The position numbers and the translations under genes were made by a program. Shown here one piece after another: positions 37,030 through 45,297 of a stretch of 48,351 nt of DNA (position 1 is its first letter; every line of letters begins with the position of its first letter). This DNA comes from a virus (taxonomy: Duplodnaviria > Heunggongvirae > Uroviricota > Caudoviricetes). The notes under the pieces were generated by a model. That model searched no databases. It worked only from the letters and a program-made list of their open reading frames with translations, and was not told the DNA's origin. The stretch is from IMG/VR virus record IMGVR_UViG_2654588181_000001, one strand, 5' to 3'.

Positions 37030-37785
37030 CATTGTGTGGCCCTTACAGGCCGTTTCACGGCATCCCCACCGACGAAAACAACGCGAGAGCAAGCACGGCT
37101 GCTTGTGCTTGCATGTACGGCAACAGGAAATCCTCCCCTAAAGTCGGTGCCCGGGTGCGAATCGGCGGGAAGGTCCACAGGTATTTTACGATTATTTTAA
37201 GATTAGTAATAGGAAAGAAATTAAACGAAAAAAACAGTTTATTTTCACAAAATCAGTAACCTACCCACAATCTGTGAGTTTGCTGACACAACAAGAACCA
37301 CAATTTTTTGATGTATAATAGTGGACTATTATTACCTTTTGAGTAAAATCAATTTGCTGCTTGTGCTTGCGTGGTTGTTTATACAACAACGTAATGCTGA
37401 AAGGACCGCGAATCCGATCAGCACGAAAGAACCGTCCTCAATAGGGCGGTTTTTTTGTTTCTGCCTACCAATAAACCCACGCTATGTGGTTGTCTCTGTT
37501 AAAATCCCGCCGTATTGACATGAATGCGCCATTGGTGGACACTTTCCGAGCCGTAGCAAAATCTACGGTCGGGATTAGCCTCCTGAATAACACGATGGCG
37601 CATACCGCGTTAGCGGTTTTTTTATGCGTAGAGCACTGTTACGCCCAAATTATGGTGGGTCGTACAGGGGCGGAGAAATCCGCGCCGGTTCGTCATTGTG
37701 TCCGGTAAGGCTAACCCTGTACGGCTCACCACCATTTGATTAGCCTCGAATGGCGGTGATAGTTCCATATACTGGAGATATCACA

Positions 37786-37977
37786 ATGACAAACCTACCC
37801 CATGACTATTACGTCAACCTCGTAAAGATCCTTCTCAAGAAAGCCTCATACGCCGATAAATTCCGCCTGGCTGAAATCATCGAGCGCGAAGCTATGCGCA
37901 TCGCCAGCAACGATAACGCTGTTTCTGACGCAAAAATCTCCCTCGTAACCAAAGTAGTTATGGGAGGTGCAAAATGA
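37786..37977 (+). CDS. small ORF overlapping antirepressor start (icd-like position)
   Basis: Stop overlaps ant ATG (ATGA at 37974..37977); start uncertain. Confidence 0.35.
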   Translation: MTNLPHDYYVNLVKILLKKASYADKFRLAEIIEREAMRIASNDNAVSDAKISLVTKVVMGGAK

Positions 37978-39116
37978 AAACGCTTCCGACCGTTAACACC
38001 CTACAGCCTATCCTGCATAACCAGATCCCCGTTATCACTAGTGAACTTCTGGCGCAGTTATACGGAACAAAAATCAAAAACATTTCTGATAACTTTCTGA
38101 ACAACACGACGCGATTCGTAGCCGGAAAGCATTACTTTAAAATTGAAAAAAACGAATTACGCGAGTTCAAGAACAGACCCGAAACAATCGGGTTAGTTGG
38201 TAAAAATGCCCGCTCCCTAATTCTCTGGACCGAACGCGGGGCTGCACGTCACGCTAAAATGCTCGAAACCGATCAGGCGTGGGATGTATTCGAACGGCTG
38301 GAAGACTGCTATTTCAGCCAGAACGCGCAAACGGCCGCGACCGTAACCGTCTCGCCAAACAATGCTCGTGAGGTTGTCGATACGCTCAACGCCAAACCGA
38401 TGTTTTACATTAAGGTGTGCAATAACGAGCCACTCACAACCTCAGCCGATGTTGCCCAGGCATTCAGCACCACAAACAATTCCATCGTTATGGCCATCGA
38501 TGCGCTACGCATTCCTCGCACGGCTGCGGCGCGTCACTTCTTTAAAGAGCAACGACCGTTGGAAGGAAGCGACCGCGAAATAACAATCTATCGCATGACA
38601 AAAGACGGATTTACCTTGCTCATGGAGAGCATCGACGGTCCAGGCGTGAAAGATATCAAGCTGGCCTACATTGAAGCCTTTAACGCTATCAGCAGCGTGT
38701 TAAAAACACAGTACGAGCGTGATCTGGCTAAACGACTGTACCAGGAAAAAACGATTATCCGCGCGGCAACAGAGCATAATCGGCTATTAACGGAACCGAA
38801 CTACAGGAAGGAACTAATCAAGGAGTTTGACAAGGCAACAGGGAAAACCAAAGCGGCGCTAAATCTGCCAGCAATGACTCAGGAAAATGTGATATCAGCC
38901 TTACTTCTTGATCTGCTCAGAAACGCCAGAGCACTTATCAGCTTTGACGAAAACCTGAATCCTCAGCTCAAGCTACTACCACCGACAGGCAAAGTAGTCG
39001 ACCAGGCTGATCACAACAGCATACTCAGCGTACTGGATGCAAACCTGCCAGCCAGGACACTACAGGATCTGATAAAAACATGTGCTGATAAGCTGGCACA
39101 GAAAAGCAGACCATAA
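37974..39116 (+). CDS. antirepressor (Ant-like)
   Basis: 380-aa ORF; N-terminal KilA-N/ORF6N-like segment; operator-like CCCACGCTATGTGGT upstream at 37477..37491. Confidence 0.7.
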   Translation: MKTLPTVNTLQPILHNQIPVITSELLAQLYGTKIKNISDNFLNNTTRFVAGKHYFKIEKNELREFKNRPETIGLVGKNARSLILWTERGAARHAKMLETDQAWDVFERLEDCYFSQNAQTAATVTVSPNNAREVVDTLNAKPMFYIKVCNNEPLTTSADVAQAFSTTNNSIVMAIDALRIPRTAAARHFFKEQRPLEGSDREITIYRMTKDGFTLLMESIDGPGVKDIKLAYIEAFNAISSVLKTQYERDLAKRLYQEKTIIRAATEHNRLLTEPNYRKELIKEFDKATGKTKAALNLPAMTQENVISALLLDLLRNARALISFDENLNPQLKLLPPTGKVVDQADHNSILSVLDANLPARTLQDLIKTCADKLAQKSRP

Positions 39117-39126
39117 CTACAAGGGG

Positions 39127-39339
39127 CTACGGCCCCTTACTCTTTTCTCTCTTATCAACGCCAGAGACTTTCTGAAAATCCTTTCGAATAGCGTCAGCAT
39201 CACGCGCCAAGCCCATACTGGAACGCGTCGCCATATGACGAAAATGATCGACTGCCGGAAACAAAGAAATAATGGACCCAATAGCTTGCAGCAAACTCGC
39301 TTTTCTACGCATCATAATTCCACCATAACCGATAACCAC
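39127..39339 (-). CDS. hypothetical small protein
   Basis: 70-aa ORF ending at bidirectional hairpin after ant; G-rich tract upstream. Confidence 0.3.
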   Translation of the reverse strand: MVIGYGGIMMRRKASLLQAIGSIISLFPAVDHFRHMATRSSMGLARDADAIRKDFQKVSGVDKREKSKGP

Positions 39340-39925
39340 CCTTCAGACACAGCCCCCCCTCCCCCCATACAGGGTGCCCTTTACCGGAGTTCCGGCCCCT
39401 TCTCAAAAGCATCAAAAAAAGCTCGAGATTGAGTACCGGAACTCATGCCACCAGATAGCTCCACATCGTTTCCAATGCTTCGCCGCCGTGTGCGCCCTGT
39501 GGCCCACAATCATGCCATTGGTCGTCTGATATACCTTCTTCTGCTCATAGAGCACAGGCGAGTTGTCGCACTCCTGCCTTTCTCAGACTCGACTTAGTTT
39601 AGATCGCTGTTCCTGGCTTGCGTCAGCACACTTTCCCCTTGTACGCATACCCGCGCGCCACTTCGCCCAAAAACACCGAACCCTACGAAGTGGCAAAGAC
39701 AACGACGCGAGCGTGAGTCTGAAACGGGCACCAGTAAAAAAGGGGTTGCAGGCGCAAAAAGATTTGATTATCTTTAGACGCAAGAAAGCCGCCCCAATCA
39801 AGAGGTGTCTTTTTAAATCCAGCCTACCAAGCAAGATTTAAATTTCAGACTGAAAACCGCCCGGCAAGGCGGTTTTTGTCTTTCTGGCGCTTACATTACA
39901 CCACCATAAAACGATCCGTAAAGGA

Positions 39926-40198
39926 TCATTTGATCCCTTGTTCCAATTCTGACGACACTTTAACCTTTTCCCATACAAGGGTTTGCAGCCTTAACAGAAT
40001 CGCGTCTTTATCAAGGTGTGAAAGATCCTTAACCATATCGTCAAATGACAGAACGCGAATGGCCATCTCAATGACCCTCGGCGGCTCCCCCTTCTCATAT
40101 CGCTTATATGTAGCCAACGATATCCCAAATTCTTCGGCGGCTCGCTCCTGCGTCCAGTTCATCCCACGACGCCATAATTTCAATTCGTAACCCGTCAT
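39926..40198 (-). CDS. XRE-family HTH regulator
   Basis: 90-aa ORF; LKLWRRGMNWTQERAAEEFGISLATYKRYEKG HTH. Confidence 0.6.
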   Translation of the reverse strand: MTGYELKLWRRGMNWTQERAAEEFGISLATYKRYEKGEPPRVIEMAIRVLSFDDMVKDLSHLDKDAILLRLQTLVWEKVKVSSELEQGIK

Positions 40199-40299
40199 TG
40201 CATCCTCTACCTTTCCCTAGATATTCAATAAATTAGACATAGCCACTCACGACAAAATAAGATGTATTAACAATCCAATCTTTAGGCTTTAGGTAAAAA

Positions 40300-40725
40300 A
40301 TGAGTTCATCTGCTTTTGTCACCGTGGTCACTGGTGTAAGTGTTTTTGTTCTAGGCCAACTCATCGTCAAAGGAGCTATTGAGCCTTACATTTCATTCAG
40401 GGAACAACTAGGGAAAATATCCAATCTGTTATTGTGTAACCAAGCAAAAATAGTGAATCCTGGCTCGAACTTAAAGCCAGAAATCATTCATGATCTAAAA
40501 GATTCCGCAGCACAGTTAATGGCGAAATATTCCACTTTACCTTTCTATATCAAAAAGTTACATATCGGCTTTCGTCTTGTTCCATCAGCCACCGAGATTC
40601 TTGGGGCAGCTCGAAATTTGAACTATATAGCGTCAATACATGAAGGTAAGACTGGGGAGAATCCATCTAAGCATCTCGAAGATATTGGCCATATGCTCAA
40701 AATACCAACTACCTATTCAAGCTAA
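40300..40725 (+). CDS. hypothetical membrane-anchored protein (AT-rich moron)
   Basis: 141-aa ORF with N-terminal TM helix; visibly lower GC than flanks. Confidence 0.45.
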   Translation: MSSSAFVTVVTGVSVFVLGQLIVKGAIEPYISFREQLGKISNLLLCNQAKIVNPGSNLKPEIIHDLKDSAAQLMAKYSTLPFYIKKLHIGFRLVPSATEILGAARNLNYIASIHEGKTGENPSKHLEDIGHMLKIPTTYSS

Positions 40726-40828
40726 CCCAATGCAAGTTATCGGCTTGCCCCACAATAAGTTATCTATCTTCAAACACCCCCTATATTAACACTCGCAAAG
40801 TGTCATTTTGACACTTTGCGCATTGTGT

Positions 40829-41209
40829 TTACTTAACGAGGAATAAAAATGGTTTATTGTTAGGCGGTGTAATCGGGGCTGGCTCGCTTTTGCTCATGCG
40901 ATCAGTGTACCAGGCCAACTCCTTGTCAAAGTAAGCCTGATTAAAATAGGCCATGAATGTAGTTTCAAATCCATAACGACCGCTAATACGCAGCATCTGA
41001 TTGCCGTTCTCTGTTTCCAGATATACCTGGGCACGCTCCTGATTCTCCTTCAGCCAAGTTAAAGCCTCATCGCACGAGGACACACGATACTCATCATCGT
41101 AGCCGTCATCGATGCGGCTTGAAGAAGAACGGCAAATCACGCCAACAGAACCAGCCAGGATAGTTTGAATTTTAAGGAAAGCGTTTTTGCGGATTTTAAT
41201 CATGCTCAT
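40829..41209 (-). CDS. hypothetical protein (driven by cassette copy 3)
   Basis: 126-aa ORF; ATG preceded by CCGGAGATAACCCG. Confidence 0.5.
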   Translation of the reverse strand: MSMIKIRKNAFLKIQTILAGSVGVICRSSSSRIDDGYDDEYRVSSCDEALTWLKENQERAQVYLETENGNQMLRISGRYGFETTFMAYFNQAYFDKELAWYTDRMSKSEPAPITPPNNKPFLFLVK

Positions 41210-41330
41210 CGGGTTATCTCCGGTTTAACCAGGGCGGGTATCGCTCGGTTTCGGGTATAACCATAGGAAATTTTTTCCCATCCGCAAAGCACTTTTTATA
41301 TAAATCTATAATTATATAATTCTATGAGCA
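41210..41330 (-). promoter_or_regulatory. repeated promoter-leader cassette, copy 3
   Basis: Same element as copies 1 and 2; -35 variant TTTGCG; preceded by terminator 41326..41358. Confidence 0.6.
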
Positions 41331-41358
41331 CAAAAAAGCCCCTTTGCAACAGGGGCTT
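41326..41358 (-). terminator. rho-independent terminator after antitoxin gene
   Basis: AAGCCCCT-loop-AGGGGCTT followed by T-run on minus strand. Confidence 0.6.
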
Positions 41359-41372
41359 ATCATTCGTTCTGA

Positions 41373-41672
41373 TCAGATGTTAAACGCTATTCGTTTTCCT
41401 GTGGGAAGCTCAACATCCAGGCTTAATTTGCCTCCCATAGCTTCAACGTAACGCTTTAATGTCGCCAGCTTTAAATCATTTCCGCGCTGCTCCAGCTTTG
41501 TTACTGCTGGCTGGCTTATACCCATCGCCTCAGCAACCTGTTTTTGTGATAACTGGAGTTCTTCACGCATCATCTGCAAGCCGACCTCAAGAATCATCTC
41601 ATCTGCCATTTCTTTAATTCGCGCCTGGCTTTCAGGTGAACGGCTGGCAATCACCTCATCTAATGTTCTCAT
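41373..41672 (-). CDS. HTH antitoxin (HigA-like)
   Basis: 99-aa XRE HTH ORF; start overlaps toxin stop (ATGA). Confidence 0.65.
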   Translation of the reverse strand: MRTLDEVIASRSPESQARIKEMADEMILEVGLQMMREELQLSQKQVAEAMGISQPAVTKLEQRGNDLKLATLKRYVEAMGGKLSLDVELPTGKRIAFNI

Positions 41673-42019
41673 TACTTGCTCTCCAGTGTGTTCAGATGTG
41701 CTGCAAACTCATCCTCAGCTATACGCACCAGTTTTTTATAAAACCGCTTATCGTTACTTTTGTCTCCTGCACAAAGAACGATGGCCCGGCGAATCGGATC
41801 GAACGCATAAAAGGCTCTTATCGGACGGCCAGAAAACTGAACGCGAAGCTCTTTCATATTTTTGTACCGAGAACCTTTTACGGTATCGGCATATGGCCTG
41901 GGTAACTCAGGTCCGTAAACCTGTAGATTTTTCAAATCAGCCAAAACCTTTTCCTGAAGAGCGTCTTCTTGCTCATTTAGCCAGTCGTCAAATCGCTGGC
42001 TAAAAAGTACCGTCCACAT
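41672..42019 (-). CDS. RelE/ParE-superfamily toxin (HigB-like)
   Basis: Start at ATG 42019 (MWTVLFSQRFDDWL...); ...ELRVQFSGRPIRAFYAFDPIRRAIVLCAGDKS pattern; upstream inverted TATAACC repeats. Confidence 0.65.
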   Translation of the reverse strand: MWTVLFSQRFDDWLNEQEDALQEKVLADLKNLQVYGPELPRPYADTVKGSRYKNMKELRVQFSGRPIRAFYAFDPIRRAIVLCAGDKSNDKRFYKKLVRIAEDEFAAHLNTLESK

Positions 42020-42263
42020 GCTCAATCCTATAACCTGTAGTTTATACCACTGACTATATAACCCGTAGGTTATAATTTCAAGAAAAACGGGGCTATTTAA
42101 CATAATGGACGTTATCGGCACCACCGGATCACCGTTCATTGTCGGATCTAAAAAATCCGCTCAAAAGATCATGTTTTCCTGGGCGTTTTCCACCGTTTTT
42201 TATGTTGCTTATTTGTTAATGAAATCTCGTTTTCAGTTTCGCCTCATTTTCGACGCGAAAGCC

Positions 42264-42554
42264 CTATTTTTGTGACTTTACTCCTGGCATATGGACTTCC
42301 CAGCGACGAATCCCCATAGCTGCGCAAAAATCAGCCACATAATTCAATCCCGCCCATTCGCGGATACCACCACGGGCTTTTTCAATGAAAACGGCAATCC
42401 CTTTTTTATTGAGAGCAAAAAGCCGCCAGCTTTTTGTCACTTCGTCCTGGGTAGCCACAACACAAGTGAAAGCTCCCATGCGATACAGGTCCAAGAACTC
42501 TTTGCGTGTTTTGCGTACAAGTTCCATAACAAACCTCATATTTGCATGTTTCAA
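42264..42554 (-). CDS. hypothetical protein
   Basis: 96-aa ORF overlapping stop of upstream HTH gene. Confidence 0.4.
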   Translation of the reverse strand: MKHANMRFVMELVRKTRKEFLDLYRMGAFTCVVATQDEVTKSWRLFALNKKGIAVFIEKARGGIREWAGLNYVADFCAAMGIRRWEVHMPGVKSQK

Positions 42555-42850
42555 ACATCTGTTTTGTTATCAATGAAGATTAACCCTAACCCAGCGAAGT
42601 AACACAGCAGCGCCCAGGCTGCATACGGAATGCTGGATCTGGATGTGGACTCCTTTAACATCTGCCAGTTGCGAACATTGCGGCTATCTTTTAAGCCTAG
42701 TTTTTTGGCCAACTGCGAGCCACTCATTCCGGTCAGGCCAATGACTGCCCGAACTTCTCCACATGTAGGAGATTCCCATTCATCCGCTTTTTTTAAACAA
42801 GCCGGATTCAACATTTTTAAAACAGTATCTTTATCCATAACCATCTCCAT
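42551..42850 (-). CDS. small HTH DNA-binding protein (candidate repressor of the GGAAA-N3-TTTCC operators)
   Basis: 99-aa ORF; promoter has same architecture as the repeated cassettes with AGGAAA-N3-TTTCCT in the spacer. Confidence 0.5.
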   Translation of the reverse strand: MEMVMDKDTVLKMLNPACLKKADEWESPTCGEVRAVIGLTGMSGSQLAKKLGLKDSRNVRNWQMLKESTSRSSIPYAAWALLCYFAGLGLIFIDNKTDV

Positions 42851-43229
42851 TTATTATATCTACGATGGTAGGAAATCTTTTCCTATGTGGCAATAGAAAT
42901 TTACTACATTGCGTATAAGACAAGTTTTCTATGTCTAATAGGAAATGATGTTTCTTACGTTTTATCGCGTTCTGATGGCTACTGTGTGCGTATTTATCGA
43001 CGTTTATTGATAAGGCTCGCCCCTTCCTCCTGCAAAGCCCGGCCGTAGGCCTTATTTCGGCCTTATATAAATTGATTTTGTATAGTTCGAAACGCGCCGT
43101 TTCGAAAAGGATGATCAGGCTGCTCCATGCCTCCGGCAAGTGCCGGAGGAGGTATATTTGAGCGTAGCGACTCGAACCGGCGCGAGCTTTAGCTCGCTGC
43201 AAGGGCGAACATATTCACAGGCAAAGCCT

Positions 43230-43481
43230 GCGTAAGTTAAATAAAGAAAGTTTTAATAAAAGAAAGTGATTTTGCATTTATTTGTTTAGTGCATCTATTA
43301 TAAAAAACCATTTGCATATACATATCAAAACTGTGGATAACTTTATTAGCCGATGCCTGTAAAGGCGATATTTTTGCTGTGTTCAGGTTTAGAGAAAACT
43401 AATTTAGATTGTTTTTTGAACAGATATTTTATTGCGACGTAGATAATCCTCCGGTAAAACCGGATTCATCATTCAGGTGGG
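43230..43481. other. candidate replication origin (oriR-like) downstream of repA
   Basis: AT-rich; DnaA box TGTGGATAA at 43332..43340, about 140 bp past repA stop. Confidence 0.45.
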
Positions 43482-44330
43482 TTAATGTTGGAGTGATTTC
43501 CAGGTCTTTCTTAACCTGTTATAACGCTGCTCAACGAGGGATCGTAAATATGCAAGGTCAGCTCCAGGATACATGCCATCAGCAAATTCCTGGCTAACCT
43601 CTCTAGTGATTTGATGACGAAGTTCGGCCTCTCCCTTTTCCCGAACAAGACGCGCAGCTCTCTCCGCTGCTTTCTGTTTTGCCTTTATCTCTCTGGCCGT
43701 CTTCCTCTGACGCCATACATTCTCCATCTGCTCCTGAATAACAATACGCTTATAATCAGCCTCCGTTATCGCTTTTTTAAGCCGTTCGCTATTCTTCGCA
43801 TTGAAGTAATTAAGTTTCTGGCTAACCGCACGTCTCCATGCTTGTTCAGTAATACCAACGGTTTCCAGCAGTTGATCACGAATCTCTATTTTCGCTGGCC
43901 AATACTGTTTATTCACCCGATCCCAGCGACGTTCATAATCAATAAAACCTAACGCTTTCAGTTGCGACAACGCCCTTGTACAGCGTGTTATAGACTTGTT
44001 CCCAGCTTCGGATACGGTAGACAGGCCGCAAAAATCAGCCAACGCCTCAGCACTGGCCAGAACCCGCTTAGAAATGATGTTTACATGGTGCAAAATCGCA
44101 GCAATCACAGCATTAATCGCCCGACGACGATGCTCGTTTATCCGACGCTTCCGCTCTGACGGTTGATTAACGTAGAACGCAACCTCACACGTAAGATCAC
44201 GACCATTAATGCGCTGTAAAGCATCAGATAACACCAGCGGCAGCTTGTGCGTATGGTGCTTTGGAGGCTGGAACTCCGGCGACAAATTACAAACGTAAGC
44301 TGAACGTAGAGACGGCATTGGTCTATCCAT
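43482..44330 (-). CDS. repA: plasmid replication initiator, IncFII RepA-family
   Basis: ...GLSTVSEAGNKSITRCTRALSQLKALGFIDYE... resembles IncFII RepA1 core as recalled; start uncertain (TTG 44360, ATG 44330 or 44318). Confidence 0.75.
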   Translation of the reverse strand: MDRPMPSLRSAYVCNLSPEFQPPKHHTHKLPLVLSDALQRINGRDLTCEVAFYVNQPSERKRRINEHRRRAINAVIAAILHHVNIISKRVLASAEALADFCGLSTVSEAGNKSITRCTRALSQLKALGFIDYERRWDRVNKQYWPAKIEIRDQLLETVGITEQAWRRAVSQKLNYFNAKNSERLKKAITEADYKRIVIQEQMENVWRQRKTAREIKAKQKAAERAARLVREKGEAELRHQITREVSQEFADGMYPGADLAYLRSLVEQRYNRLRKTWKSLQH

Positions 44331-44344
44331 ATGTTCGCTCTTGC

Positions 44345-44457
44345 GTCCACGGAAAACCAACGTATAATGGGAGTTGTCGAGGCGCCCATGGTTAATTGGT
44401 TGTTGGTTTTCCGTGGATGTCGCAAGAAGCCCGCAGATTTATCTGCGGGCTTTTTGT
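44345..44457 (+). ncRNA. candidate countertranscript (CopA-like antisense RNA)
   Basis: Plus-strand 15-bp-stem hairpin (44347..44361 / 44403..44417) plus intrinsic terminator GCCCGCAGA-TTTAT-CTGCGGGC-TTTTT (44428..44457), antisense to repA leader. Confidence 0.35.
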
Positions 44458-44644
44458 TTCCATATCTGGTCATTTTCCAACCAGACACCCACAATCATAA
44501 CCACGTTACGTGGTTTTAAGAGAACTCTACCACAACACTTTCGGTCATGCACGAAGTCTCTCACTGATCGAACGATAATCCACCAGTAAAAGGATCTAAA
44601 TTGGATCTCGTTTTGCGAGCATCATACTACTGGCCTAACTCCAG

Positions 44645-45199
44645 TCAATGATTCCCAGCCGGAAACCTGCGGTAAAGCGTGGATAAGGTAACATCGAAGA
44701 TAATCGCTATCCGCTTACGTGAAACACCATTCGCAATAAGCCTTCCGATCTGTTCCCATTGCTCTGGGGCCAATTTTGAGCGGCGTCCTCCTATCCTGCC
44801 ATTAGCCCTTGCCACCGCCAATCCTGCACGCGTTCTTTCAATCATATTTTCCCGCTCCATCTCTGCGACTGCACTCAGCATCGTGTAGGCAAAGCGGCCA
44901 ATTGAAGTGCTAATTTTTATCCCTTCCGTAATCGAAATAAACTCAATGTTGTTTGATAAAAAATGGTTAAGTAAATCAACAAGATGAATCAGAGAACGCC
45001 CCATTCGATCCAGCTTCCAGACAATAACCGTATCGCCCGGCCGTAACACCTTCAGTAGCTTATCAAGCCCTGGTCGTTTTGATTTAGCACCGGATATTTT
45101 ATCTTCAAAAATCCGGTCACATCCTGAACTCCTGAGCGCCTCCAGTTGTAATTCCAAATTCTGGTCAAAAGTTGACACCCTCGCATAACCATATTGCAT
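44645..45199 (-). CDS. serine DNA invertase (Gin/Cin/Pin/Hin family)
   Basis: 184-aa ORF; N-terminal YARVSTFDQ with catalytic Ser, C-terminal HTH; adjacent to inverted repeat. Confidence 0.9.
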   Translation of the reverse strand: MQYGYARVSTFDQNLELQLEALRSSGCDRIFEDKISGAKSKRPGLDKLLKVLRPGDTVIVWKLDRMGRSLIHLVDLLNHFLSNNIEFISITEGIKISTSIGRFAYTMLSAVAEMERENMIERTRAGLAVARANGRIGGRRSKLAPEQWEQIGRLIANGVSRKRIAIIFDVTLSTLYRRFPAGNH

Positions 45200-45272
45200 A
45201 CTTTCTAAACCGCGATTGTTGCTAAAAGCGGGAAAAAATATCGTTTAGACGACACAGAGGCAATTCGCAAAA

Positions 45273-45297
45273 ACCTCGGTTTACAGGAAACGGTAAA
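45273..45297. repeat. inversion crossover site, left inverted repeat
   Basis: ACCTCGGTTTACAGGAAACGGTAAA = exact reverse complement of 48327..48351 and of 1..25. Confidence 0.8.

Noticed and set aside
39563-39841. Overlapping ORFs 39563..39841 (+) and 39583..39834 (-)
   Set aside because: These mutually antisense ORFs have basic, low-complexity translations and no SD, in a region with hairpins and a terminator. It is more likely non-coding RNA or regulatory DNA.
42020-42139. N-terminal 40-codon extension of the toxin ORF (track start at 42139)
   Set aside because: The extension is hydrophobic and unrelated to toxin sequence, and it overlaps the promoter inverted repeat. The ATG at 42019 (MWTVLF...) gives a typical-length toxin.
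44138-44494. 118-aa minus-strand ORF overlapping the repA start
   Set aside because: It overlaps repA in another frame for most of its length. At most a short 5' portion could be a leader peptide; the full ORF is unlikely to be a protein.
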